Shown: positions 37,837 through 54,709 of the stretch, piece after piece | Layout of the letters: each line of letters begins with the position of its first letter | Numbering within the stretch: the first letter of the stretch is position 1 | NCBI GenBank assembly: GCA_013239625.1 | Contig: MU054001.1 | Location: 3,760,167 to 3,824,166, forward strand | Source of the DNA: Lama guanicoe | Lineage: Eukaryota | Length of the DNA: 64,000 bases | Direction: 5' to 3' | The notes under the pieces: generated by a model | What the model was told of the DNA's origin: nothing | What the model saw: the letters and a program-made list of their open reading frames with translations, nothing else | The model's database searches: none | Position numbers and translations under genes: made by a program

Positions 37837-39383
37837 CTACAAATTCAGTGAAGGCTAATTTTCAGGATCTGAAAGACCCTGTTTTACTTCTGATTTCTAG
37901 AAGTTAAATTCTCTTTTGAACTCCTGACAGTCTCATTTCTTGGTTTCTGAAAGGATTCTGGGACCAAAAGTGAATATAACTAGTAAAAGGGCCCACATGC
38001 CGAGCAAAGCCCAAAACCTGCTTCCCAGGCTTGTCTGTGCGCCCAGTCAGGGAGCGACGCCACACACGCACCCGTGCACAGCCGCCTCTTCACGCTCCCC
38101 GCGCACGTCACGGGAGCCTGTCCAGCTTGGAAAGAGCTAGTGAAGTGAACGCTGTTTTATTCCCCTAAATTTCAACATACACTTGTCTGACTCTTGCAGA
38201 GATTCGTTTACGTTTCATTAGACTGAATGAAGATGCTATGGGGCATGATCTTAGGGATTCCAGGAAAGGCTCTTCTGGTTTGGCCTCCAGTAGCTTTTCC
38301 AAGTATGTCTGGAATCCCTATGGTTTTGAGCTACACTGTTAAATGTCAGCTGTAACTGGGGTAGGGACACATGTACAGATGGGGCTGTGCTATATCCCTC
38401 AAGCGTCGGAGAGCTGAGAAAATGTTGAGAACCCTTGGTCTAGAGCTTGGGCATCCGATCAAGAGGCTGCCATGAGCGGTGCCCTGGGTTACTGGGGGGC
38501 CGCACCAGAAGATGTGGGGCCTGGATGGAGAGCGTGGCTAAAGGAAGAGTGGGGTCTAAGAGGCATGGAGGAACACATAAGTCACACTTCACAGCCTTGC
38601 CTGGGACCCGTCCTAATCTGTAAACGCCCTACAGGCAGGCGTACGGCTGCTTTGACAACAGTTTAATTTTTCTGAAACCTACTGGAGCCCCGAGCACTTC
38701 ACATGCACTCAGTAAGTATTTGTGAAATAATGACAGAGCATCCTGGAAGATGGCCTGGAAGGTGCAGTATATCCCCCACTTCAGGAAGAAACACATTACA
38801 CACAGAATAAGCCTACTTTTCCAAAGAAGGTATTTACTTCTATTCTTAGGTTTGTCATTTAGAAGACAACATGGTTTAGGATAAAAAACATAAATACTGA
38901 GGTCAGAAAGAGCAAGTTCAATACGAGCTCTGAGGCCTCAGGCACCTTAAATCTCAGTTTTAATAAGAGGAAAACAGGAATCATTCCCATCTTGCAAGGG
39001 TTCAGGTGTAATGATTTAAAGTACCTCCCAGGGACCTAGGCACATAGGTCCTTAAGGAATGGTGACTATGGCTTGTACAGAAAATGAGAGGAGCCTGAAA
39101 GTCAAAGACAAAGCTGAACATAAAACTTCTCAGCCTCAAGTAAGAATTTTCAGATTCTTTTTTTTTAAAGACTATATGCATGTCAAAATATCATAACAAT
39201 ATTATTCTTTAGTTTAGGAGCAGAGCTATTAATGCATTTCAAGATTTCAGACTGTGTCACCAAGATATTCCTGAAAGGCTTTTCACAACACTACTGTATT
39301 ACTCAGAACAGGCTCTCCCACTAGGAACGCCCCCACTACAAACTCGGGTGTGGCCACAGGTAGAAGAAAGGTCTGTAAAGTAC

Positions 39384-39600
39384 CATCCCGATCAGCCATG
39401 CTGTCAAAGAAGAGCCAGGCCGAGTCGTCTTTCCCATACTTCACAAAAGCGACATAGTGGCTTGTTTCTATGCACAGAACAGCAAATAACTCCATCTTCT
39501 GGCAGGGGATGCAGCCGTGTCTCCAGTCCCAGTCCGGTAAGTCTTTGGGAAGTGACACTGGGTTGTATTTATGATTCAACCTCTTGGGATGCAGGTGGAC
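39384..39600 (-). CDS. CYLD: CYLD exon 19 (217 nt): [14 protein letters not shown]...[29 protein letters not shown], with catalytic His and Asp
   Basis: Boundaries ttctag|GTCCAC ... CGGGATG|gtactt. Confidence 0.98.
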
Positions 39601-39846
39601 CTAGAAGGGATCATGAAGAGAACGTCGTGAAGGAGCCAAACTCAGCGTCTGAAGCGAGCGGGCTCCACTTACTCTAACTGACTACATCCCCATACACAGC
39701 AACCGAGGACTTCAAGTTGAAGCAGCCTATCAAATACGCAGATGAGGCATAAACACTGCCACCTAACTATGAATTTTTAAATGTTCATTATGACTTTGAA
39801 GACTTTTCAAAACCTGAAATCTCCTGTATATGCAAATGATCTACTA

Positions 39847-40023
<177 letters not shown>

Positions 40024-40669
40024 CTATAAACTTTAAATTGGATTCCCTTGGATTCAGGATATCTTTAAAGACATTTTGTCTGACCAAATGACAATTTTTT
40101 TAAAAAAATAATATATTCTAGAGTGTTTCCCCATTATAAAATGTCTATTGATGAAAATTCAAAGATACAAGAAAGTATAAATAAGACTGAAAAGAATCTA
40201 CAATTTCAGTTAGCAAGAGGTAACCACTGTCAATGCTACTATGAATTTTCTCCAATAATTCTGTATCTGCATACCTACATAACTCTGTCGCGCGCGCGTG
40301 CGTGTGTCCTCTTGCAGAAAATATCAACATACTAACCTTTCACGTCACAGTACATTATGACCACCTTCATATAACGTTCATTTTCAAAAACAGGAATTCT
40401 AATGGCAGTAGTTTTGTTGTACAGATACACCATAATTCATTTAACTACTCTCCTCTGGTTAACATACAGAGTACTTCTAATTTCTTAATCATAAACATAT
40501 TTACATATGAAATATTATAAGTCTGATTATTTTCTCATAATAAATTCCTAGCTTGATACATCCAGACTCTTCAGATACTGAAATGCCATTTAGAAAACTC
40601 ATATCCTATTAGGCTTCAATTCACAATTAATGTGAATGAGTTGACAGACTGTTTCTGAAAAACAAACTA

Positions 40670-40795
<126 letters not shown>

Positions 40796-41659
40796 CTAAG
40801 GGGGAAAAAAAAGGATATATGTATTTTAGAATCAAAGCGTCGAAAAAAATTTCCCTGAAATTTTCATGAAATAGTCATGGTTGTTAAACCAAGCAGTGGT
40901 TCTGCCGTCACATGGATGTCCTGTAACAGGATCTGCACGTGAACCCAGAGTGTACAGGAAAGCACAACGAGCCACAGTCTCAAGTGGTCCAAGACCCTTG
41001 GTCACACGGACACCCAGAGGTCAGGAAGGTCCACAACCTTGGGTCTCAAATAGAGTATAGAGTGACATTCTATCTTGGGTTTATATTTTTAAAAGATTTT
41101 AAAAGATTTTCGCAAGTATAATACAGAAACTGTCATCAACCAAAAGAAACTATTCCTTGTATTTCAACAAATAACTGTAGCTGTTAAAGGTTACCAGAAC
41201 ATTCCTTCAGAAGTGGATACAATGAAAATAAACCACAAGCATGTACTACTAAGATTAGGAAGACAGCCAAGAGTAAAAGAAATTTATATCACTTGTTCAT
41301 TTACAATAAGTGAGTTTAGTTTATTTTGTCTCTTATTGAAGGAAGAAAAGTAAACATTCTTTTTTTGATATATATGGATAACATACTTGGGTAAAATGTT
41401 AAACTGGGTGAAATGACCAAAAAAATCCACAAATCTTATTTGCTTTAAGCTACTTAAAAGTTTTCAAGTTACAGATTAGATTGATATTTTCTTTGGCACC
41501 AAAAATCCAGAAAGTTCAATTTTAATTCTAAGGTTATTTCCTTTCTACAAGGACAAAGTTGAAGCATGGCATACTTTTTAAAATTTGTGTTTTGTTAACA
41601 ATTTGTGTTTCTAACTGTTCTCATGGATTAAAAGTAATAGTTTTTGAATCTACTAGTCA

Positions 41660-41896
<237 letters not shown>

Positions 41897-44800
41897 TCAA
41901 AATGTGAAGTAGTTCCAGAAGCACCTGAGAACAGAAAAACTTTTGAGAACAGAAATCGATGGTGTAACTCTGACAGTCAGAACAACAGGGGCAAAGACAA
42001 CCATTTAGGTAAAATAATTAAATGTACTTATGCATAAGACCTTATTAACGATCTCTTGTTCTAGTTCTCATATTGAAAAGTCCCCTTAGTGATTAGGAGA
42101 AAAATAATAACAACACCTGCAAGCAAGAAGCACTGTGTCAACAGTAATAACCAGAAGCTAAAAATCCCTTGGTCCAACTTAATTGTCCAAAGCTAGAAAG
42201 CAGCAAACTGCATTTAATGCCTGAAAAACAGGAAGGTAAATTCACATGCACCTGAATGGGACAGACCCTGAGAGACCTTCCAGATGCAACTTTTCAATTC
42301 CCTGAGATCTAGGGAAGGATAATCCTTCCTAGCAAGTCAAAAGCACAGCTGGGTGCAGAACTCAGGCGTGCTAACAACCCCTTACTGTTCTTTGCACTAA
42401 AGCAGGCTGTCTCTTTAGATGGCCACTTACTCAACAAACATCAGGTGAGGGCCCACCATATGCCAATCACAGTGTTATCCTTATACTGAACATTTTCCTT
42501 TCTAACTATTTTACTATAGAATGCATTAAAATTAAAGACTAACTCTACCAAAAGATTCAATAATCTTTAAATTTACTACTTACCGTTTTTAGCATTTCTG
42601 GGCATAGAATCAGATTGTTTATAATTAGACTTGTTAGAAGATTTCAGTATTTTTAGGGAAAAATATTAACATGATCTTTCTAATAAAATCTCAGCTATTC
42701 AGAGACCAACCTCGAGACCAACCTCAGAAACCCTCAGTTTCCCAAAGCAACTTACACCCTGAAATAAACACCACTCATTTGATAACAGCAAAGATTCTGG
42801 GGGAACCCACAACAACAACAAAAACAAAAAAACAATAACCAAAAATCCTGAAGGTTATGCTGTATCAGTATTTTAACCAGTTGTTAATGACAATAAAAGG
42901 CCAGCATTTATCTGTGTGAGCTGAAAAGCATTAAACAAATTAATAGGCAATAGAAAAATAAGCCAGGAAATTAAGAACGCAGAAACTAATAGAGGTCAGT
43001 AATTACAGAAATCAGAACTAATAATGGTGATGGAGGAGGGAGATGGTGGCTGAAGGGATCTCAGGGTGGCAAGCACGAGAGAAGAGACCCAGAAATGAGG
43101 ATGCAATACCAACAGCTTTGTGATATTGGGATAGAAAACCTGCAGGGACAGACAACCACTCAAACCTCATTACTAAAGTTTTAGAAGGCTAATATCCTAG
43201 AGTAATTAGCTGGTCATTACGACACACATATGTAAGAATCACAACAAAGCTGGTGCTGTTGTACAAAACTACAATTTACACTGCTGTCTTCCCCCCAAAA
43301 AAATCTAAGAGCAGAAGGGTACAAATGTTGTGTTAACTTTAAAAGAAAACAGGAATTTTATGCATCTTTATTCTTAGAATTTAAGTCTGTCAAAAATTCC
43401 AAAAGTTCTTCAGCTATCATCTCTCAAAATATTGCTTCCTCCCTGTTCTCTCTAGTGTCTCCTTCTAGAACTATAGTTAGAATCTGTCTTCCATGTCTCT
43501 TATCTCCTCTTTCTTGTTTTCTATCTCTTTAATCCCTTTGGGCTACATTCTAGGTAATTTCTTCGTATCTATCTTCCAAATGAGCAGTTCTTTCTTAAGC
43601 TATGCTGTGCACACTGCATTCAGTGAAGTAACCCCTCCCAGCCATATATAATATATATGGATATATATACATACACACACACACATGCATACACGCATAC
43701 ACATAACACACACACACACACACACACATATATACACACACTTTTTTATTTTATTTCTGGGAATTTTTGTTTGTTATCAAATCAGCATCCTCCATAGGTA
43801 TCTAAGTCCTTTTTTCTCTTCAAACATTTTAAAATATTCATTTTAAGAATAGTCTCCTTTAGATTGCTTTACTATTTCAAAATTTTAAGGTATTTATCCT
43901 CCTGTTTGTTATATCAGTTCACTCTGCCTCAGTTAGAAAGATAGGCTCATGGAGGGGAAAAAATGACACTTGGGGAAAAAACGGCTAACTTTTAAGCATC
44001 TTTTAAAAATCTCTAAACTAGTGATTCTCAATACGAAGAGGCTACTGAAGGAGGAGGGGAGGCAGAGCTTCCCAGGATCCTCTGCAAACTCCACAAGGCC
44101 TTCAGACACGGAAATGTATCCCTGCATATGTCTGAGCCCTCCTTACCCTCTCTGAGGACCACCACGGTGTTCACCCTGTGTTGTTACTCGGAATGTATCA
44201 CATCCCCATGGTGTGTGGGGCTATGAAGGAAAAACAGACAACTGTTTTAATCATCTGAAATTTATCTTTTCAAGATGAAAGCAGAAGTGATTTTTTTCCT
44301 CCCAAATTGCCTGCTAGATTTCCTACATCATGTATTAACCATATATTTCCTTCCTCATTTGTGTCTAAAGGCTGACTTACAAAATACTGAAATACTAAAT
44401 ATAGTTAATTCTTTATCTGAGCTTTCCATTCAGTTCTATCTGTCCAATTTCTAACTGTATGCCAGTATCACATTGTCTTAATGTCTATTGTTTTGTCTTT
44501 ATAGTTTATAATAGAATTTTTAAAAACTATAATGTTTTTACTCATTTCATCTTATAGAGAATTCTAAAACTATTTTACTAAGTTCCAAAGTGGGGGGGGA
44601 GTTAAGATCTTGATTATGTACAAATTATTTTATGAAAATTAACATCTTTAAGTTTTTTAACTTCCTATCTGGAACATAATCTTTCTAACTAATTAAATCA
44701 CCTTTTAGCACTGTGCAAGTCTTTTAAAAAAAAAAAAACCTATCTCAATAAAATTGATTTCTTGGCATTTTATACATTCATGAAGTATGAATTTATCCCT

Positions 44801-45750
44801 TTTTCATATTTGCTAGTAGGTATACAGAAATATGATTGATTTCTCCATGGTTTTATCCTACATGGCCAAATTACAAATACCTGTGTTAATACTAATAGTC
44901 TCTTAACCATTCTCTAGGACATTCTTGGTATATCTAAAGCTATCACCATATTGAAATAGATAATAAATATATCCTATCTAATTTCATTTGCTAGAACTTT
45001 CACAACAATATCAAACTCTAACTGTGGTTCTGTCCACCCTTCCTCCCTTCCTTTCTTCTTACTTGAATTCATCAATTCAACACTAGCATCAAAGGACATC
45101 ACTTAAGACACCGAGTTGAGTAAGAATACTTGTCTGTGATTAGCTTTTAGGGAAGTAAATAGTATATGAGCAAGACTTTCCAACAAAGAAATCCAGACTA
45201 AAATGTAAAAAGGCCCAGCAGTCAGTCTGGAAAGCTCATCTATTTAGAACATCTTACTAAGAAAATCACTGCATTAGATTCAACGCTTCCACTCAAGATG
45301 GGGGCTGGGGGGGGAGATCAAGTTACAAAACTGGAAACAAGGGAGCTAATTTAAGGCTAAATTAATACCTTAAGTGATGGGTAGTCAAAAACAGTGCTCC
45401 CATGGTTTTAAGTTCAAATATTCTCTTAAATACCCTTAAAAGGGTTCATTAATTTAAATTACAAAAATACTTATGTATAGTTTTATAAGAGAATGATTTG
45501 CAATAGTATTTATTACTAGGGTTAAAATTAAAAGCACAGATTTATATTGGATTTGTTCCTCAAGTTAATTTGTGATACTATGGAGAAGACAATGATTTAA
45601 ATCAATTTGCATTGTAAGAACTGAACATATTAAGATCCCTAAACAAATACAATATTAAGTAGTCACTAAGGAAGTCACTTCTACTGAGTGATGGCAATGC
45701 AAACAAGGATTGTCTACTTTTCCAATGCTTCTATTACAATTCAAAAGTTA

Positions 45751-45870
<120 letters not shown>

Positions 45871-46637
45871 TCATTCCATGTTTTATTTATAACAGTCATA
45901 TTCCTATACGGAATTCAATTTCATAATCAATATTATTTCAATGAAAAGCCTAGTTCTCAAGTTTTCCTAGCAAAAGAAACAAAGGATATTTAAAGGTTAT
46001 GATTACGTATTATGTTCCAATTTTGTCACAACTTTGTTACATTTGAAAGGATATAATAATTCACATACATTGAAATAATTTTCATTTCTTTGGGTGGGGG
46101 CTTAAGATAAGTAGAATAAAATCTGAAGCATGACCTTGTTTCTCCTGCTATTTACATAATTACCAAGTCTCTAAATATTACAGCTAATTACAATACGCTG
46201 TTAACACATTCCAAGTCAGGAGTTGAATCCCTGAGTAAATCCACTAGCTATGAATAGATTAACGCACTGTCTCTGACCATAAACTTAATCCTCATCAGTC
46301 ATTTACAACTTCCTTTATAACAAGGAAAGCTAAGTGAGAACTGTGGATGACTCAGTGCAACTCTTCACCACTGAAAAGGAAACAAGTCCCCGTATCGTTG
46401 CTGGGTGGAAAGCTCTCCACACTGACTCATAAAGTACCAGAACCAGCCAGCTTCTTAAAGGGGCTCATTATTCCAGTTATCACTCACTTTCAGAAGAGGG
46501 AAGAAAACTGTACACACATGGAAAAAAATTATATTTTAAAATAAAACCCCAAAACTACACAGATATACACTTCAGCCAATAATGTAACATTTATGCTTTC
46601 AAGTTATTTTTAATATCTTATAAATTAAGATAGTCAC

Positions 46638-46729
46638 CTTTTTCTTCAGAGGTAAATCCTGATGCAGCCTCAACTTTTTCAAGTATTTTCCTCAGTTTCA
46701 TAATCTTTGTTGCACATACATATCCATAT
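46638..46729 (-). CDS. CYLD: CYLD exon 14 (92 nt): [30 protein letters not shown]
   Basis: Boundaries acatag|ATATGG ... GAAAAAG|gtgact. Confidence 0.97.
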
Positions 46730-48820
46730 CTATGTTAGCAAAAAACTATTAATACTGGCATACACATTAAATTAATAGAACATATTTTGAGAATCACACA
46801 TTTCTTATATAACTACAGTGTATCATAAATTAATAAGCTTGATAATTGTTCCAAAAAATACAATTATAAGCTTCTTCTTGAGGTTTGAAAATTTTAAAGC
46901 CTAGAATCAGAATTATCCCAGACACTATTACATCCTAAAAATAACTATCATATAATAATACAAGAAAAAAATATTTTTAATTTCTGATGACTGGTTTTTT
47001 AATACTATTTGCTTAAGGAATTAAAACATTTATTTTACAAAACTGAATATACAATATTGAGAGAGAATCCTCTTAATACTAATGGATGAAATAGCCACCA
47101 AGGGGGACGGAAAAGGGCAGTGATAAGAAACTGAAATTCTGAAATCTGCAGGCAAATCAATCATCATAATTACAACATTTTCTCTCATCTTTGTCTGAAT
47201 ACAGGATACATTCAATATGCCTAATGTCAATCCTTGACAAAATTTTAATTCTAAAAATGGCTTCAGAAGACACCTTAGAGGCCACTCTGGGCAAGTCAGA
47301 ACCAGCTAAGATTACTGCATTTTTTATATTGACTCTTCACTCACTCATTAGCTCTTTGCAGCCAACATACACTGAGCATCTACCATTTCCACAGTAACCT
47401 AACCTTTTAGTCACTAGGAATACAAAAACGAATGAGGTGAAAAAACAGGGTCTCCACTGTGAGAAGCTTAAGATGGAGAAAGCCGAGGTTTCAGTACCAA
47501 GTGAAAGCAGTCAGCTACAATCTAGATATGACTGACGCAGACACAGGGAATCCTGATCACGGCTGGGCATCAGACAAGTTTCTTGCTGTGGACAGGGTGA
47601 CAAAGTCTGATTAACTATGATTCCTAACTGGTTGCACAATAGTAGTCAAAGGTTTATTAACGAACTTATGGTGTTTTGGAAGGAAGGAAGTGGTAACATG
47701 CTCTAAAGTTTTGGATTTGATCTGTCTTATTAATCGCTTGGGGGGAAAACAGCATGTTTAAAAATTTGCATTTATACAAATACAATACAAAATAATTAAT
47801 GTTAAAATCAAGACTCATAATTACCTTAAGCGGTAAAAACTACAGGTTTTTTCATCGTTACAGAATTTAAGGAAAACAATAGATACAAGTGGGAAATTTA
47901 TTCATCTGTAATGTACCTTCCTAGTCATGCTATACAGTAGGTCATTCTGAATGCTCATTATATTTCAGTGCTCTGCATTTTGGTGTCAAAATCTTATATC
48001 GAACTATTTTCTAACTGTTAAATAAGTATGCCACAAAATTTAAATTTATCTTAATATGGACTTTAAGTTACATAGTTTTCTCTCTATATTCCTGAATGAA
48101 CAGATTTGTTTTGTGATCCATGGCCCTGATTCTTCCTACTTTAACTTTTATAATGTGACATTATCACACATGCCTCCTACGGCTTATTAAAAGTCTTTGC
48201 TAGATGTCTTGTGCATGTACCATTATAAATTGCTTCCTATGGCCAAAGAAAAACATATTTATAATTGTTAAACTAGGAAATGACCAAAAACATCATCTCT
48301 TTTTTAAGAGAGGTAGACGGAGGCCTAGATACATTCTATTAACCAAGAAATGTGTTAGTAAAATACATCTCATCTGTTTCTAATATGGAACTATTAAATA
48401 CTAGCTACTCTGTAAATAACAATTTTCCCTTGCTCCTATCCACTCAGATGAAGTTAAGTTTAAGAAGCCAGATCATACTGACTAAACTAATAAGCATGAT
48501 TTCTGTTAGGGGTAATGCTGGATCAGAATCCCAAGCACCTTCTATCAGCTTTTCTAAACCTACTACAATTGCTAAATTATAGTACACTATACCAAAACGG
48601 TTCAATCACTTCATGGCCTACGCTATGTGCTATACCTTCACCAGATTTAAGATATAAAAAAAGATGCTATAAGGACCAAAGGTTAAAAAAATGTTAATAT
48701 TTCATTAAGAGAACTAATTCTCTCCCATTTCTTCTTAAATGAAAGCAGGGCATACATTACTATACCAAAAAACAGCAAACAGGACACCATCTAAAGGAAA
48801 AAATATGTATCTCCTACTTA

Positions 48821-49078
<258 letters not shown>

Positions 49079-50191
49079 TCAAGATTCCCATGGTTTAATC
49101 ATCAGAGCGAGAGATCCTTCCAGGTTAAGGAGAATACGAATATCAAGAAGGCATACTACACAGATTGGCAGTGTTAAAGGATAAAAACATGCCTTCAGTA
49201 TATTAGGAAAACATCTTTACAAAAAGTGAAAGAGGACGTACAAATCTGAGTCAAACTACAAGTAGACAACAGAGGAGGAAGTTCGGAAACTAACTTCCCA
49301 AGGCAAACACACAGCCAACACGTAACCCACCCTACATAGCATACTTGACTCCCACGCCCCTTTGCACAGATCTAAGTTTTTTTTTAATGTCAAAATCACT
49401 TGTGAGTGACTAACAGCGGTAACTTGCTGACATCAAAAAAAAAATTTGGCTAATACAGATTTTTATCAGAAAATCTGAAGAATACTATGCCAATTTTGTC
49501 AACATATCTGACAGACTAAAAAAGTATTCTGCCTAAAAAATGGCCCACCACTTTAATTCTTCTCCTTGCCTTTAAAATTTTAACATCCCATTAACTTCCT
49601 GATCCTTGTGAGACGGCTGTACAGAGCCGGCAGGTTATGCTCCATCTAACTGGCAGTGCACTTGGTTCAATCTTCAGAGTGTAAACGGTTTCGCCATGTT
49701 AAGTTGTTTCATTTTGGAATAAACTACATGTACGAGGGCAACCGGGCTTCTCCTGAAAATAATTCTTTAAAATAGCTTTATGATTGCCTCTACCTAGTAA
49801 AACAAACACACAAACCAGTCAATGGCTTACCGCAAGTCCTATTACTTGGTATGTGCACAAAGATCCTGTACCTACTCTCTTCAGTTGTCTGATTTCCCAC
49901 AGACCTTTAGATGTCTGTTTCACCTGTTAACACTTTCACTCAGCTTTTATTCATCATTCACTGCATTACTACTTACATTAAGTTTTTGGATACAGACACA
50001 TGAAACAACATGTAGCTTCCAAGGAGTATATAGTGAAATGCAAATCTCCCTTTCTTTCCTGAACCCTAGCCACCTAGTTTCTCCACTCAGAGGCAGTTAG
50101 CAGTCTTTTCTCTTTCTCTCTCTCTCTCTCTCTCACACAGGCACACCTACCCCTACAGCACTGTATTTCTACTGCATTGATTTTAAACTTA

Positions 50192-50362
<171 letters not shown>

Positions 50363-51202
50363 CTAAACTATTATAGCCTGCATTCTCATATAAAGTTCTT
50401 CACTTAAAAATCTCTCTTTGTATTTTGATGCAAAATGTATCACCTAACTTAAAAATTAAGATAAATGTAGGTTTTGGTTAACTGTTATTCAGTTTGGCTT
50501 ATAAAAAATGTTACTGTTCATTTTCAACCTTACTTCCTCCACAATTTAAAAAACACTGTAGAGTATGAGGTCACGTAAAATAGCATCTGCCAGTAAAATA
50601 TTTTGTTCCTCAAATATTTTATTTGTCTGAAGATGTTTCAAGTTGGAAAAGACAACAAAAAATTCCAAACCACTATTCAACTGTAAGAAAAAGGTTTTTC
50701 ATTAAGATGGCTTCCCTGCTTATACCTGCTTAACACTCCAGATGATTCACAACGAGTACCCAAAACTGGAAAGGGAGAACATTGAGAAACTGACACCTTT
50801 TACAAGTGATGATGAGATCTGCCCTTCAACAAGCAATTAAAACCATTTCTTATAATAATGCTGACTTCTTGATACGTTTATTGATGTTACTTGAAAATAC
50901 ACTGAAGAGGAAGTCATTCTTGATAAGATATGCTTACTAACGCAGCTGAACAATACAATGAGAGGAAAGTCAGTGCCAAAAAGAAGACCGTATCTCGGTT
51001 TCTACCCTCTGGGTTGTTGAAAATTAAACGTCTATAAAAAACAGGGGAGAAAAAATAAATCCCACTGTTTTTCACTTTTTAAGTCTCAAACACGGTTTCC
51101 TGGCTAATACTTTTTTTTAAATGTCCCCTCTTAGGATAACTGTAACTTTCTTATATACCAGGTAATCATTTTTTTCTGATTTAAAAGTTTGATGAACATT
51201 TA

Positions 51203-51493
<291 letters not shown>

Positions 51494-52362
51494 TTATTCT
51501 GCATCCTGCAAAAACAGTATACAAAAACTAAAGTTTCTAAAGAGCTTCCAGTTTACTCTTCCTCAGAATTCCCTCGCCATATATGTACGGAGAACTCCGC
51601 CAAGGAAAAGAGGTTGACTAACCAGAGTTTCAGCCCACAGCTACTGATATGATAAATTAATTTCATATTCCAGCATAAAATTCTCAATGTATTTCCCTTC
51701 AAAATACACGCTTAAACCTTCCCTGGTTAACTGACTTTCCCGCACCATTTCCAAAACCATTAAAACAGTAGGGGAGATGACGGTGGGCAGAAGAGGCTAT
51801 TTATTTTAACAATCTCCTCAAAAAAATAGCATTCACTAGCCCGCAAACCAACAAATAAAAAAATATATTTAAATAAAAGCTAAAGGTACTCAAATTCTCC
51901 TTCCCGAGTAAGAAATGTCAAACAATATGCTTTTCTAATCTCCAAAGGGAAAATCTTTCCCTCTCCCAAAGATCTCAAAAGGCCACTAAAAAATGGTAAT
52001 TAATCTTAAAGCCAATGATATAAATATTAGAACTGGCTGTGGGAGGGAGACTGTGAGGAAAAAAGAAACAAACCTGGTAACAGTTTGCTCTCCTTATGGT
52101 ATTCTGTTTAAAATAATGAGCTTAAACATATTTGCCTAAAAATCCATTCTCATTCCTTGAACATAGATCAACTAAAATTAGGAACAAGTGCATCAGATGC
52201 TTAATGGATGGCAAAGGAAGTCAGGCAACGTGATAATGAGATTTTTCTCCAGTGGCGGCTTTTTGATAAATAAGATATTTCACCAAAGAGCATATAATAG
52301 AGAAAACCTGTACAAAACCCCAGATAGAAAAGAAATGCAACTTCTAGGTCAAATTACATTAC

Positions 52363-52742
52363 CAGTTCGAGTCCAGCCAGTACTTCGTTGAGTCCTGGTG
52401 GCTGCCCAATCCAACGGATCACCCCATAGAAAGGAGGATTCTCTTTAACCTCTGCCAGTGAGCCTACTTCCAGGCCATGTGAGTTACCAGAAGACACGGC
52501 CAAGGGTGGACTCTCCTGCACGGGTGCATTGTTCAGCTCTCCCATCACAGACTGCACTGACAGAGAAAGCGGACTGTGGCCAATACTTCCATTGGTATTG
52601 GACATCTTTGTCAGACTAAACGGTAAAGAGTGAAATCTGTTCTCGCTGGAGAGTGAGTTCATGGAAGGAGGCTGCAGTGGTGGTGAAGCATGTCCAAAGT
52701 CGGAAGGTATCTCAGTAAGTGATTTTGCAGGGTCTTCAGCAA
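52363..52742 (-). CDS. CYLD: CYLD exon 10 (380 nt): phospho-serine cluster FHSLPFS, TRAF2-binding PVQES, start of CAP-Gly 3
   Basis: Boundaries ttatag|TTGCTG ... GAACTG|gtaatg; overlaps track ORF 52354..52662. Confidence 0.98.
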
Positions 52743-52989
52743 CTATAAAAAATTATTTTTCTTAATTAGAGAAATGTATTCAAGAATATTAAATATGCCC
52801 TATATCTCTAAAAATTAATATACACATCTCATCCAACTGCCCACTTGCCCTCTTCTAGTATAATTCTCAAAAGCCTTGCAAAATTACTGTCTCCAAAACA
52901 GTGTTCTAGATTCTCCTCCCCACCTCTCAATTTTTCTGTCTCAGTAAATAGCACCCAATTATTCAAACGAAAAAAAATCTGTTATTAAT

Positions 52990-54700
52990 TGGAACTGTAT
53001 AGGTTATATTCTTTGTCCAAAATACAATTATGTTACAAAAACCAATACAGAAAGATACCAAAAAATTTAAGATGCTTCTACATAACTAAAGAATCAAAGA
53101 AGAAATGATAATGTAAATTTTTAAAAATAAAGAAAAAAGAAAGAAAAAAAAATGAACACTTGTGGACACAACTAAAGTAATACTTACAAAAGTAATATAC
53201 AGATTTAATGGTTTAATTTAGAAAAAAAAAAGAAAGGTAATATTATTGTACTCAGCATAGAACTTAGGAAGTTAGAAAAACAACAGAATAACCTGCCAAA
53301 AAGTAGTCAAGAGGAAAGAATAAATACAAAAAACAGAAATTAATGAAAGAGAAAGCAAACATAAAATAAAAAGAACCAAAGCCAAAAGCTCTTCCATTAA
53401 AATAACTAACAGAGCTGCCAGGCAGACACTGCAGATCAGTGGGGAAAGAACAAACTTCTTAAACAGTGCTGATAATCACTTACCCATATACATTTTTTTT
53501 TAAAATTAAATTGGATCCCTACAAAAACCATTTCCAGGTGGCTTAAAGACAAGCAGCAAAGGCAAAATGATAAATTTTAGAAGACAATACAGAAGAATGT
53601 TCTGTATGATTTTAGGGTAGAGAGGACTATCTTAAACATGTGTGTATATACACCGTTAAAGAAAAGACTGACAAGTATGACCACATTAAAATTAAGAGCT
53701 GCTTGTTCATAAAAAGAAAGAATGAAAATGCAAGTCACAAACAAGGAGAAAATACATGCAATTCTTATTTCTGACAAAAGATTATAATTTGAAAAAGGCC
53801 CTTAAGACTTTTTTTTTTAAAAAATCAAGAAAAAAAAAAACCTAAGAAAAAATGGACAAGAGACCTGAAATGGCAACTCACAGAGAAAGAAATCTAAATC
53901 ACCAACAAATTAATGAAAAGATTCGTGTCCTCACATAAACACAAAAGATAAAGTTAAAATCAATGTGAGGTATCATTTCAAAAGCTGAAGGTCTTAGAAC
54001 ATACTGTTGATAATGATGAGAAGTAACAATACCCCTTACACAGCTGATGGGAGTGTAAACTGGTATGACTACTCTGGGAAACAGTTTGGCGTTATTTACT
54101 AAAGGAAAAATGCATATTTTGTGCACATCTAGTAATTCCACTTCTTGGTACATTTCCTAGACATGGGTAAGAATGTGAATAGCAGAGCTGTTAATAATAG
54201 CAGGAAGATAAAACCAATTCAAATGTACATTGATGTTCAAATGGATAATTACATTGTGGTATATTTAAATACTGCACAGCAATGAAATGAAATGGAATGG
54301 AATATCATACAGCAATGAAAACAAATAAATTATAATCACATACTACTAACTTGGATGAATCTTAGGAACATAATGTTGAGGGAAGAAATTACACAATACA
54401 CATATAGTGTGATTCCTGTATATAAAGCTCAAAACTATGCAACTAACAATATGCTGTTTAGATATACAAACTCATAAGGCTAAAATGAAAACCAAGAGAA
54501 GGACAAACCTAAATTAAAGCTGACAGTAGCTCAGAGGAGAGAGTGAAGAGGATGACACTAGGAAGAGGCACCACAGGGGTTTGAAAGGGAATGCTAAAAT
54601 TCTTTTTCTTAAAGTGAGCGGTAACTACGTGGGTGTTCACTGTAGTTTATACCTTATCCATTTAAGATTTGGTAATAATACTTAATCTAAGATTTTTTTT
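52990..54700 (+). mobile_element. Old L1M fragments in CYLD intron 9 (antisense to the gene)
   Basis: A-rich ORF2 remnants; gggagtgtaaactggtatgactactctgggaaacagtttggc, ttggatgaatcttaggaacataatgttgag. Confidence 0.75.
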
Positions 54701-54709
54701 AAAGTTACT

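Noticed and set aside
40286..40306. (CG)n/(TG)n alternating tract ~300 bp from the damaged exon 18
   Set aside because: A short Z-DNA-prone tract within an old repeat-like intron segment; nothing links it to the deletion breakpoint.
49640..49940. Possible cryptic or poison exon in CYLD intron 12 (minus-strand donor-like GCG|gtaagc near 49831, acceptor-like ttttcag near 49753)
   Set aside because: The two signals do not pair into an exon (the donor precedes the acceptor on the minus strand), and isolated splice-like motifs are common; RNA evidence would be needed.
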